From Sphyrna mokarran (lineage: Eukaryota): DNA of 64,000 bases. Both the position numbers and the translations under genes were made by a program. The stretch spans positions 6,758,001 to 6,822,000 of the forward strand of contig JAGIQG010000011.1 of the NCBI GenBank assembly GCA_024679065.1. Direction: 5' to 3'. Under the pieces are notes generated by a model. It was not told where the DNA came from. It saw nothing but the letters and a program-made list of their open reading frames with translations, and did not search any database. Below are positions 13,942 through 26,599 of this stretch, piece by piece (position 1 is the stretch's first letter; every line of letters begins with the position of its first letter).

Positions 13942-14510
13942 GGGGTATCAGTGGTTGTAGGCGTTTATAACTCTAGAATACAGTACTAGTGGGTACAGGT
14001 CTGTCTCTGTATAACACTCGGGTACAATACTGATATGTACAGATCTGTCTCTGTATAACACTGGAGTACTGTACTGGTAAGTATTGGTCAGTCTCTGTAT
14101 AACACTGGATACAGTACTTTTGGATATGGGTCTGTCACTGTATAACACTGGGGTACAATATTGGTGCGTATTGGTACTTCCCAATATAACACTGGGCTGC
14201 AGTACTGATGGTACAGTGTCTCTCACTGTATAATATTGGATATCGTACTGGTGGATGCAGGTCTGTCTCTGTATAACATTGGGGCACAGTACTGGTGGGT
14301 ACAGGTCTGTCTCTGTATAACATTGGGGCACAGTACTGGTGGGTACAACACTGTGTCTCTGTACAACACTGCGGTACAGTACTGGTGGGTACAGGTCTGT
14401 CTCTGTATAATACTGGGGTAAAGTACTGATAGGTATAGGTCTGTCACTCTATAACACTGGGATACATATTGGTGGATAGAGACGTATGACTGTTTAACAT
14501 TGTTGTACAG
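13942..14510. repeat. 44-bp minisatellite, about 13 degenerate units
   Basis: Unit ggggcacagtactggtgggtacaggtctgtctctgtataacatt (14281-14324; next unit starts 14325); explains the repetitive ORFs 13948-14447. Confidence 0.92.
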
Positions 14511-17500
14511 AATTGTGTATTGAATAATTGTTTAGCTGATTTAGAAAGCAGACTACAAGATGAATAAATTAAGGATATTTTCACTAATGGGCAGATATTA
14601 TTGATCCCCCATTGGCAGATTCACAGGTGAGTTTCCCAAATGGTCTTCCCACCACCCTCCTGCCTTTCATTGGCAATTTTATGCTTGGCTGGTGAGATCT
14701 AGAACATCCTAATTGAGGTACTTTAGTGATTAATTATTAGTTACTTAAGAGCCGCTTAAGAACATAAAACATATGAGCAGATAAGGCCATTTGGCCTCTC
14801 GAGCTTGCTCTGCCAATCTGCAACTATTTAGCCTTAATTTTAAGCTTGGTGGGAGGAGCTTGGAAGCAGGCAGGGGACGCTACAGTCTGCTGTGACACCC
14901 TTTCCACGTTGAGTGCTCCTGTCCCTACCCCAGTCAACGTCCGCCACCTCGGATGCTCCCCACCTCCTTCCCCCACCTCTCCATCAAGAATTCTACTTTC
15001 CCAGGTGTCCCTCCCCAATGATGCAACCCTTTCTGCAGTTACCTGGTTCTGGACTCCGGTCTGGGATTTAGTATCAGAAGAATTTTTGTAGTTTCAGTCC
15101 CAGTTCTGGTTGCTGCAGCCACTGGCATTGCTGAGAATACAGAGCAGCTGCTCTTCATGCTGGAGCCTTCCTTTTCTTTGAGAGACAACATGTCCCATCC
15201 GCAACCAGTTACTACCCTTGGGAGTGTTAAATAGCTGCTGAGGTTGGTGAGTGTGTTTGCTGCCTACTCTTTGGGAGATGGAGGGAAAGGCTTCAGTCTA
15301 AAAAATCCTACACATGTATTGGCATAAGTGAGATTTCCCACAAAGTAGCAAAATACTTAATATGATAGTCAGAACATTAAGATTAGTTTAAAATAATTTA
15401 GCATTTGAACTCAGTTAATATTAATTTTATTTAATCTTTTCTATCAGAAAAATATTGGTTTAATGTTGACTGCAGTTGCAGTGTTTTCCTAGTTTCTAAA
15501 TGACTCTGCAAGTTGGCAACAGCTGGGAGGTAAAAGTGTTGAAGCAATGTAAATAAATGTGCTTTATAAATATTAATAGAATTTGGAAAACATAATGTCT
15601 TAACTTCTCCTTTACAAGTACTGCAATTCAGTGCTTCAAATGCTTTTCTGTGGTTTACATTGGCAGCGCTACACTTCTTAAGAAATTGCCTCTTTAAGTA
15701 CTATGCTGTTTATTACTGGGATTTGCCATATAGCTTGGCATGAATAAACCATTTGTTTTGCAGCAGAATGTGTAAATGTGTCTATCGAAGATGAGTTGAA
15801 TCCTTGCCTGGAGAAAGCTGCTAGGGCTTAGTGCCTTGACTGGAAGCAGTTACCTCTTCTGCAGCAAGCGCAAACTGCCAAGAATAGATCCATTCCTTCT
15901 CAGCACGGCTGGGCGCTCTGTTTACTTGTCAGTCTGAATCAGCTTGAAAAGCTATTCTCTATGGGCTCCCTACTTAGAGAGAAGAGGGGGCGGTCAAAGA
16001 TTTGTTTTATTCATGTTGGCTGTGTCAGCTTTTGTAATCACACATTCTGTTTACAGACTTCACAACTACTAGTATGTCCTCAAGGCAAAAGAAAGTCAGC
16101 TTGCAGAGGAGCAATTCAAACCTTGACTGTTGTAGTCTTGCCAATCTTCTAATGGTGTGATCACAAGTGATAATCAATTGATGCCAGTTGACTATTGCTA
16201 GCTTGAGACTATATGCCAAGTTTGAAGAAAGAAATTAAAGTTGTACAAGTTGAGGCCTTTTGAGTTCTCTTGGAGCAACAATGAGAATTTTCAGCTTTGA
16301 CAATGGGTCACCTGGACTGGAATTGTCAACTCTTTTCTGTGGTCACAAATGCTTCTAGACCTGCTGAGATTTCCAGCATTTTCTTTGGGGTAATGAGAAT
16401 TGAGCCTTGCAAGTCAAGCAAGAGTTTGTGACCATGAAAGCATATCTATCAAAAGCAACTTGCATTTATATTACTTCTTTAAAGACATAAGAAATAAAGT
16501 TTAAAGTTTATTTATTAGTGTCATTAGACTGCTTACATTAACACTGCAATGAAGTTACTGTGAAAATCCTCCAGTCGCCACACTCCGGCATCTGTTCGTG
16601 TGCATTGAGGGAGAATTTAGCATGGCCAATGCACCTAACCAACGTTTAGGACTGTAGGATACACCCGGAGGAAACTCTCACAGACAAGGGGAGAACATGC
16701 AAACTCCACATATATAATGACCCAAGCCGGGAATTGAACCCAAGCCCTTGGTGCCATGAGGCAGAAGTACTAACCATTGTGCCACTGTGCTGCCCACAGT
16801 AGGAACAGTAAAAGGCCATTCAGCCCCTTGAACCTGTTCTGCCATTCAGTAAGATCATGGCTGTTTTGATGTGCCCTTAACTCTATTTTCCTGTCTGCCT
16901 TCCATGATTTGACTCTCTTGTCCATCAAAATCTATCTAACTCAGCTTAATTCAATGAATTAGCCTCTACTGCTCTTTGATGAACAGAATTCCAAAGACTA
17001 GTGACCCTCTGAGAAAAGAAATATCTTGTCATCTCTATTTAAATATCGGGTTCCTTATTTTGAAACCAACCTTCTTAGTTCTAGGTTTTTCCACAACAGG
17101 AAACATGCTTTCAGCTTTCACCCTGTCAAGCTCCCCTCAGAATCTAATTTGTTTAAATAAGATTACAATTCATTCTTCTTAACTCCAGTGAGTATAGGTC
17201 CAATCTGTTCGACCTTTTCTTATAAGATAACTCGTTCATCCAAGAATTAACCTAGTTGTACCTTCTTTGAACTGCCTCCAATGCAACATAGTCTGTTCAC
17301 GGCCCCTTATATTGATTTTTCTCATGAATGCAAACATCTCTTTTTCAACCTAATAAATCGTTTCATAATCTTAAAGATTCCATCAGGTCCCCTTAATAGA
17401 AAAAAGAGTCCTAGCCTGTTCATTCATTCCTAATAAGTATAACCTCTCTGTTCTAATAGCATCCTTGTAAATCTTCTTTGTATCTTCTCCTGGCGTCTAC

Positions 17501-17559
17501 ATCCTTTTTGAAGTATGGAGATTGGGACTGTAAAAACAGAAAGTTTTTTTATAGTGTTT

Positions 17560-17760
17560 TTCACAGCCACCAAATGTCTCAAAATGTTTTATGATCAATC
17601 GAATATTTTTGAAGAGTACTCTCTGTTGTAATGCAGAAAAGACAACAGCCAATTTGCACCAAGCCAAATCCTACAAAGAGCAGCCTGATAATGACCAGAT
17701 AAATGTTTGTGAGATGTTGATTGAAGGATAAATATTGGCCAGGATACCAAGTGTAATTTG
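17560..17760 (-). mobile_element. Old SINE, probably DeuSINE/SacSINE1-like; other copies about 42655-42850(-), 48670-48930(+), 53000-53240 plus 54195-54345(+), 62625-62680(+)
   Basis: Shared tcctggccaatatttatccttcaatcaacatc...atctggtcattatc...ttgctgtg..aaattggctg blocks; family name from memory. Confidence 0.55.
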
Positions 17761-18003
17761 CCTGTTGTTTAAAATAATACCTTTGAGGGAGGGATTGGCT
17801 ACCCACTGAATCGTGCCTTATAGGAACAAACATGTTATCAGACCAGCTAAAGGTCAGTGTTCTACCTATTATTTAGCTCCCAAGTTAGATTTAGGAAAGG
17901 CCTTTTCTTACTGAAGAGTAAAAACAGAAAACATTCTCAGGAGAGTGTGAGGTCATGAGTATTATGCCAATTGCTAGGTTGTTGAAGAGACTGATTGTTG
18001 AAG

Positions 18004-19757
18004 TAGGCACTTAGAGTGTTGCGATCTGATTAGGGATACGCAGCATGGCTTTGTTAAGGGGAGGTCGTGCCTTACAAATCTGGTAGAATTTTTTGAGGAG
18101 GTGACGAAAACGGTCGACGAAGGGTGAGCCGTTGATGTCGTCTATATAGATTTCAGTAAGGCGTTTGACAAAGTCCCTCATGGGAGGTTAGTTGAGAAGG
18201 TCAAGGCTCATGGGATACAAGGACAGGTAGCTAGATGGATAAGTAACTGGCTTAGTAATAGGTGACAGAGAGTAATAGTGGAAGGGTCTTTCTCTAGTTG
18301 GAGGTCAGTCACCAGTGGTGTGCCGCAGGGCTCGGTACTGGAACCTCTTCTATTTGTAATATATATAAATGACTTGGAAGAGGGAGTAAGTGGAGCGATC
18401 AGCAAGTTTGCAGACGATACAAAGATGGCTGGACTTGCGGATAGTGAGGAGCGTTGTCAGGCGATGCAGCAGGACATAGGCTGGTAGCTTGGGCAGAAAG
18501 ATGGCAGATGGAATTCAATCCTGATAAATGTGAGGTGATGCATTTTGGGAAAAAGAATGTAGTGGGGAGGTATATGATAAAGGGTAGACCTATTAAGAGT
18601 ATAGAAACACAGAGGGACCTAGGGATGCAAGTGTACAAGTCTCTGAAGGTGGCAGAGCAAGTGGAGAAGGTTGTGAAGAAAGCATATAGTATGTTAGCCT
18701 TTATAGGAAGGGGTATAGAGTACAAGAGCGGGCCTTTAATGTTGCAGTTGTATAAACGTTGGTTAGACCTCATTTGGAATACTGTGTGCAGTTCCAGTCG
18801 CCTTACTATCAGAAGGACGTGGAGACTCTGAAGAAAGTGCAGAGGAGGTTTATCAGAATGCTGCCTGGTATGGAAGGTCTGAGTCACGAGGAGAGGTTAG
18901 GCAAATTCAGACTATTTTCCTTAGAAAGACGTAGACTTAGAGGAGATCTAATAGAGGTGTACAAGATTGAGGGGTATAGATAGAGTAAACAGGGTTAAGC
19001 TTTTTCCTAGGATGGATTCGAATAGCACGAGGGGTCACGGGCTTAGGGTGAGGGGGCTGAGGTATAATTTGGATGCTAGAGGGAGTTTTTTCACACAGAG
19101 GATGGTGGGGATATGGAATGCGCTACCAAGTAAAGTGGTGGAGGCAGGTACTCTGGAGTTATGTAAGAAATACTTAGATGAGCACATGAACAGAATGGGT
19201 ATGGAGGGGTATAGAAAACTGACTTAAAATAGGCATCATGAATCTTGGAAGTCCCTGGGAAGTGTGTAAATAGATGATGATATTGATGTACTTGTTTTTA
19301 TCCTACAGGTACTTTGGTCCACCTTGTTGTCTAACGAGGGGCATGCACGCGATGGGTCGTGCGAGGGCTGCTCCTGGGTTTTTTTCGAGAGTATCCTAGT
19401 GCTTCACGTTGTTAGTGTACGCTTGATCTGGACCATTTGATGGACAACACGACAGCTCAGTGACTATCGCTGTGCTGTGCAGATACATGGATTAGGGCCT
19501 GTGTCTGTGGGAGTTTGCACATTCTCCCCGTGCTTGCATGGGTTTTCTCTGGGTGCTCCGGTTTCCTCCCACATTCCAAAGATGTGCTCGTAGGCTAATT
19601 GGCAAAACAAATTCTCCCTAAATTGTCTCAAATTCGGTTTTTAATCCATAGATCTATAAACATGGACAGGGATCGCGGGTAGAGGTGGGAACATCGGGGT
19701 GACAGCACAGGCTCGTTGGGCCGAAGGGCCTGTTTCCCATGCTGTTTTGTTCTTTGT
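18004..19757 (+). mobile_element. CR1-like LINE, 5'-truncated, with long SINE-containing 3' UTR (copy A)
   Basis: RT motifs DFSKAFDKV, GVPQGSVL, KFADDTK in broken frames to the stop at 19227, then an approximately 530-nt UTR ending gctgttttgttctttgt. Confidence 0.93.
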
Positions 19758-20187
19758 AAAAAGATCCTTGTTCTAGAGTCTAGTTGAGTAGACTTTGAGA
19801 ACTGTCTGCAGGATGTCTCAGTCCCTGTGGGGTTTGGCACTATCTCAGTGTGTAGTGACTACAAACTGTAGTCTAAATTATCCATGCTTTAGCACAAAAC
19901 TCAGTCAGAGTTTTGAAGTCTAGTGGAGCAGCTTTAATAGTTTACAGAGCCCTCATTGAGTTGCAAAAGCAGTTGCACGTGAAATGCTTTCACTTGCTGA
20001 GAGCTGTCCTGAATTGCCCAATTGTTCCAGCCTAGATTAAATGATTCTGCAGTATGTCAGTTATAAATTGCAGTTCAGGAATCTTTAGATGTGTATCACA
20101 GTATCTGGCAAGGTCTAATGATGTGACAGAGAGGTCAGTTGGGGTGAAGGAATGTGTAATTAGTTTCTCTGGCTAACAGGACGGATA

Positions 20188-20649
20188 GAGTAAGAAGTCT
20201 CACAACACCTGGTTAAAGTCCAACCAGTTTATTTGATAGTAAACCCACAAGCTTTCGGGGTTTGCCCTTTTGTCAGGTGAGTGGAGAGTTCTGATCTCAA
20301 ACAGAGCATATAAAAGGCACACACAGTTTATAGAATACTGATTAGAATGCGAGTTTTTAAAGCTAACCTGCTATTCATGTTTTAAAGATGCAGACAATGT
20401 TAGTGGAGATAGTATTAGGCATAGGTTAAAGAGATGTGTATTGTCTCCAGACTTCCATTCTAATCAGTATTCTGTAAACTGTGTGTGCCTTTTATATGCT
20501 TTGTTTGAGACCAGAACTCTCCATCTACCTGGTGAAGGGGCAAACCCCGAAAGCTTGTGGGTTTACTATCAAATAAACTGGTTGGACTTCAGCCTGGTAT
20601 TGTGAGACTTCTTATTGCATTTACTCCAGTCCAACGCTGGCATCTCCAC
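20188..20649. mobile_element. Non-coding Penelope derivative: inverted pair of terminal repeats, each with a decayed hammerhead
   Basis: Arms about 20190-20349 and 20456-20616; tail ccagtccaacgctggcatctccac; 13-bp TSD aacagga(c/t)ggata at 20175-20187 and 20650-20662; cores ctggtga...gaaagctt (+) and ctgacaa...gaaagctt (-). Confidence 0.88.
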
Positions 20650-23600
20650 AACAGGATGGATAAACACAGCAAAGCACATATTCAGTAAAAACTCCTTGTA
20701 AGTACCCTCTTGCAATCAGTGTACTCCAATATGCCTTTTTAATGAATTTCTAAACACATTTTTTTAAATGTTTTGATATCCTCTGAATAAAATGCATGTG
20801 TTGTATGCATGGGAGTTTTTTTTAAAAACACTATCATTTATTGTTTTTATAAGAAATGGAATAATATTTAGTTTCATAGTTGCAGTATACCAATACAACT
20901 GTTAATCTTTTATCATCTGCACTGCTATGTCCCTGACAGCAGGAAAATAAATGGGAAACTAGTAGAGCAACAACAGTACCATAGTAATTCATCACTGAGA
21001 TTAGTGGGATATCGATTCATGCCAATTCTCAATGTGTGACTGTTGTTCAGCTGTTAGAACTCTCACTCTGGAGTCAGAATTAAAGTCTTGGGTTCAGGTC
21101 GCACTCCAGAGACCTGAGCATCTCAACTGGCACTCAGCACTGTGCTGTCCTGTGGGTCTAAAATATGTGAGGTAAATGTGAGTTTTCTTTCTATGTCTGT
21201 AGCCCTTTGTCCACAGAGTTTCCACTTTGAGTACTGTTGGAGGCCAAGTTCATCATTAATCTAAGAGTTGATCATCCCCAATCACACTGTTAAATTTTAG
21301 TAGTCAACTTTAGAGCAGTGGAAGTTTACCATCTTGACCACAGAGAAATCAGTGAGAATAGTGGTTTGTGAAGTTAAAAAATTAGAGGGAATTTTAAAAT
21401 CTGACTTCTTCCTTTGTTGCTAATCCACTGAATAGAGTAAGAATGGAACTCGCTTCTCAAGGGCAATAGGGGATGGATAAAGGCTGGCCTTGCCTGCGTT
21501 GCTCACTAAGAATAAGCAAAAGTAGAATATTGTGGCTGGTGGAAGTTTGAAATAAAAACTATGCTGGAAATATTCAGCAGCATCTGTGGAGAGCAAAGCA
21601 AAGTTTATATTTCAGATTGATCAGCTTTTGCCAGAACTCTAGTCATTTTTCCACTATGTAAATTAAGGTCATGCTTTTGAAACCTGTGCATGTGGCTCTG
21701 AAGTCTGCTTGCAGGCATTCTTTATGATAATCATTTCTTTTTCTTTAAATAAAAGAAAATCATTAACAGACTGTGTTAGTATGTTCAAGCATGTGGCTGA
21801 AATTTGTTTGGCAGATGTCTTTAAGGTGATTTCGCTCAAGGGAAGAAGACACTTTGTTTTAATTAGCTTTTGGATATAGTACATCTCTTTGAAGTAACAT
21901 TTCGCATCTTAGATTTTAAAAATAATTTATTGGAGCCTTTGAAAGTGTACAGTTGCTTTGTCCAGATCTTACAATTCAGTTGAAAGTGAATAAATGCAAA
22001 TCTGATCCAGCATTAAGAATCCCCTTTCATTTAGCTGATATTAGCCAGAGCTAAACAATTAACCTTAACATGTTATATAAGATCATAAGGAATATGAATA
22101 GGAGTAGACCATATGGCCCCTCGGGTTTGCTCCGCAATTCAATAAGATCAGGCTGACCCAATCTTCACATGATCTTCAATTTCCTGTCTGTTTCCATAAC
22201 CTTTGATTCCCTTATAGTTCAGAAAAAACTTCAGCCTAGAATCTATTCAATGGCCTAGCCTCCGTACTACCTTGAGTAGAGAAATCTAAAGATTCACAAC
22301 CCTCTAAAAGTAGAAATTCCTTCTCATCTCCATCTTAAATGGGCGAGTACTTATTCTGAAACTGTGCCTCCTCATTTACAGTTCCTTTCAAGAGAAGAAC
22401 TATCTTCTCAATATCTACCCTGCTGAGCTCTCTTAGTATCTTTTATGTTTCAATATGATCGTATCTCATTTTTCAAAACTCCAGTGGGTATAGGATGGCA
22501 CTGTGGTTAGCTCTGCTGCCTCACAGCACCGGGGACCTGGGTTTGATTCCGGGTTTGGGTCACTGTCTGTGCGGAGTTTGCACATTCTCCCCATGTATGT
22601 GTGGGTTTCCTCCCACGTGCCGATTAGATGTATTGGCCATGCTAAATTCTCACTCAGTGTATCCGAATAGATGCTAGAATGTGGCGACAAGGAGATTTTC
22701 ACAGTAACTTCATTGCAGTGTGATACTAATAAATAAATTTTAAAAACTTATACAACCTGTTCAATCTTTCCTCATAAAACAATTCCTTTATCCTGGAACC
22801 AATCTAGTTAATCTTCATTGAACTGCCACCAATGCAAGTATATCCTTTCTCAAATAAGAAGACCAAAACTGTGCGGAGTACTCCCAAGTATGGTCTCAGC
22901 AATATCCTGTATAGTTGAATCAGGATTTCCCCATTTCAATACTCTATCCCCTTGCAATAAGGACCAACATTCCATTTAACTTGCTTGTTGTACTGGTGTG
23001 CTAACTTTGTATTTCATGTATGAGGACACCCAGATTCCTTTGTGCTGCAGCATTCTGTAGTCTGCTCTCTATTTAAATAATATTTTGCTCTTCTATTTGT
23101 CCTATCAAAGTACCGTAGATAATCTCAAAAATTCTATCATCCAAATTTTTGCATGCTTATTTTACCTATATCCCTTTGCAGGATCTTTATCCTACTCACA
23201 ACGTACGTTCGTCTGTACAAATCTTTGTATCATCAGCAAACGTGGCTGCAATACACTTTGATCCTTAAACAAAGTTGTTAATAAAAATTGTAAATAGTAG
23301 GGCCGCAACACTAAATCCCTGTGGTACACCTCCAGGTATAGTTTGCCAATCTGAAAATGACCATTTTTTCCCAATTCTGGCTCCTTGATTATTTAGCCAA
23401 CCTTCTTTCCATTCTAATATCCTCCTCCATTTATTTGGTGTAATAACTTTTTATATAGTGGCTTATTGAATATCATTTGAAAATCCAAATACACTGGGGT
23501 GAATTCTAGCCCCTACCACTTCCAACATAAGGGCAGGAAAGGAGTTGCCTTTCACACTGATAACTCTTAGGGCCCATAAATGGCCAATTAATGAGTACTT

Positions 23601-24374
23601 GAGGACTAAATTCTGTCTCTACTGTCATGTTATAGGTTTATTTGATGGCTGAATTGTGAGATCTTGAGTCTTGTGAACACTCTTTAACTATGTACAGAGC
23701 CCAGTTAGTTTCATGCATGGTGCTTCTGCCATGTAGGTTGGTCCTTTCTAAATGCTCTGAGTCTATTACCATGTTTCTCTATATATAATTCCATGGGTAA
23801 TGTGTTTCTCCAGCCGATGTTAACTCTTGCGCTGCTGAGCATCTTTACATTACAATGTCATGCAGGCACACACAACATCATACAACAACTCCCTTTCTTC
23901 TCAACACAAAGCTTAACTCTCTTCCAGTGGAGTATTACAATATAATCTTTATTTGCTATCCTTTTTCCCCACCTCAAGTTTCTGACTTTATAAATTCAGA
24001 CAACCTTGGCAGCTCTTCCACGCTTTAGTCTGTCATGTTTGAAAGAAGGGTAGTAGTATTGTGTTTCTGGGAATTGGTTATATTGATTTAATTTGCTTTT
24101 TGTACTCCTTTGAATTGTGTTTCACTTTATTAACAACCTGTCTGCTTTTCTTGCATAATGTGAGTTTGTCTAGCTCCTTCCAAAGGCAATTTCCTAAAGG
24201 TTCATTCTTAGGATGTACATTTTCTTTTTCTGTACCTGCCATGTTCCTGCGTGATGTATCTATACAATTCGCAAATTGAACTTTCATTTACATCTGGCTC
24301 ACAATTTCAGTCTGACATTTGTGTGTTGTTTCTTTTTCAGTAACTTAGGGGTCTTCTGTATATATCAGAGTCAT

Positions 24375-25222
24375 ATTCAGCATGATTTGGACAGGCTGAG
24401 TGTATGGACATCTGCATGGCAGATGCAGTATAATGTGGATAAATGTAAGGTTACCACTTTGCTATAGGAAGGTAGATTGTTACTTGAATGGGTATAAATT
24501 GAGAGGTGGATACTCAACAACACCTTGGAGTCCTTGTGCATCAGTCGCTTGAAGTAAACGCACAGGAACAGCAGGCAGAAAAGAAGGCAAATGGTATGTT
24601 GGCATTCATTGTGAGAGGATTTGAGTACAAGGCTAGGGATGTTTTGCTGCAATTATATAGGGCATTGGTGATGCCACACCTGGAGTATTGTGTGCAGTTT
24701 TGGTGTCCTTACCTGAGGAAGGATGGCCTTGCTAGAGAGGGAGTACTGCAAAGATTCTTGGGATAGCAGGTCTGTCATATGAGGGGAGACTAAGTTGGTT
24801 AAGATTATATTCACTGGAGTTTAGAAGAATGAGAGAGGATCTCATTGAAACTTATAAAATTCTAATAGGATTAGAAAGTATAGATTTAGAAAGAATGTTC
24901 CCAATGGTGGAGAGTCCAGAACTATGGATCATAGTTTGAAGATAACAGGTAAGGTGTGGAGAGAACAGGGATGTGGATAAATTTCTTCATCCAGAGGGTA
25001 GTGAATGTGCAGAATTTGCTATCACAATGTCGTTGAGGCTAAAATGTTGTCTAGTTTCAAGAAGAAATTAGATGTAGCTCTTGGGCCTAAAGGGATCAAA
25101 GGATATGTAAGGAAGTGGGGATCGGGATATTGAAATCAACAATCAGCCACGATTAAGCTGAATGACAGAACAGGCTCAAAGTGCTGATTGGTCTATTCCT
25201 GTTTCTAGTTTCGATGTTTCTA
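24375..25222 (+). mobile_element. CR1-like LINE 3' fragment nested in the LTR element
   Basis: DLDRLSVWTSAWQMQYNVDKC and LYRALVMPHLEYCVQFWCPY; CR1-type tail to about 25222. Confidence 0.88.
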
Positions 25223-26599
25223 AATCATCCTGTGCTTTTTCTTCAAATTCCTTGCATTTCTTCGTTGGACTTAGATTTTCTGATCTTATATCTATCATTT
25301 CTTTCTTTGTCTCGGCAGAGCTTTGTCCTGTCTTTCGTTTTGGTCTTGCTGTTAGCAGGTCTATCTCTGGCAAAATCTTAACTTGTTTCAATTCTATAAC
25401 TGTGTTACTTCTGGCTTCGTTCTCTGCTCTTAGAAAGATCTACCATTTTTCCATCCAGCTGCTATTTCAGTTCTTCAAACTTTCTCTTTAGCTTTCAGTT
25501 TCCTCTGGAATTTAGTACACTACTGAGTCTTTTACCAAACGGTTGTTCAGTTTGGTCAGAGTGATGTTAAATCCATTTTGCTTCTCTTCATAATTTTCCA
25601 GAAGAACAAGTTTAGTCCAATGGAATTTTTGTAATGTGAAGATTCTTCAATATGTTTTCCCTTTCTTTGTGAAGCCACCTTGCTTCATCTTGGGGTTTCC
25701 TAAAGTTTCTTCTGCTAGTCTTCCATACTGCCGTTTAAGATCGATTCCATGCTTTCATGGTACTCAACGGTTACACATTCCTTTTGCATTGGATCTTAAA
25801 GGACAATAATTTGTTCTTTGAACAGTTTATTTTATTATTGACCTCTTGCCATTTCACTCTGAGCTTCAGTGCATTGTGTTGTTGTCATGTGGCCCGCTTA
25901 CGAGCCTAGGTTGGTCATCATTGGTCCATACTCTCCACAACTTGGAGTTTAAAGTATATGTCAAAGCCTTTTACTATCTCACCAAATGTTGTTGAATATT
26001 GAGTTGGCTATGAAGAACTTCATCCACAAATAAACCAAAGATAGATAAAAAAAATTAGCTTTTCTTCTGTTTCCTTATTTAATCTTTTAATTTGCTTGTA
26101 ATTAAAAATGGTCTTTTCCAAGACACTCTGGTTTAGCTTAGCCTTTTTCTTATCCAAACTATTTCTTTCTTTTCTGATTTTTTTTTATCCATGAGCTGTT
26201 TTTTTTCTAGTGGTTGCAGCTTTAAATGCCTTTGCCCATTTAAGGCTGTTGGTTCTGTCTTTGTGAATTTCCCATACTGTTTGAAGTTCAATGCAATTCT
26301 CACAATCTAGGGCCTTTTTTCAAAGATCTGTCTTGTTCAAGACAGTCATCTCTGCAGAAGCTCTTTTTCTCCATCAAGGAGACTGGCGACTCAACTGAGA
26401 AGGGATTCCTTTTCCAAACTCTATAGGCTTCTCCTCCCTTTTCTAAAAAAAACATCAGTTTTTTGATTGAAATGTGTTCCTTTCTCTTAAACTTTGCAAG
26501 TTACTCCCTAATTTATTAAAATTCACTTCTGGAGTATGGCAGTCATGTGTTATGGTGCTGCTGTGTATTCCACCTGTAGCTTTCTCCCACCTTTTTCAA

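Noticed and set aside
13942-14510. CRISPR array or Cys/Tyr-rich repeat protein
   Set aside because: Head-to-tail 44-bp units without unique spacers; the period is not a multiple of three; eukaryotic context with no cas genes.
19310-19460. Named ribozyme class (HDV-like, twister) in the LINE 3' UTR
   Set aside because: I could not fit the required nested pseudoknot or catalytic residues by eye; kept only as an unclassified candidate structure.
24061-26560. Nested antisense host gene or processed pseudogene
   Set aside because: Frames are broken, no splice pattern or recognisable protein was found, and the region lies between two LTR-like repeats with a PPT, so it is better explained as LTR-element interior.
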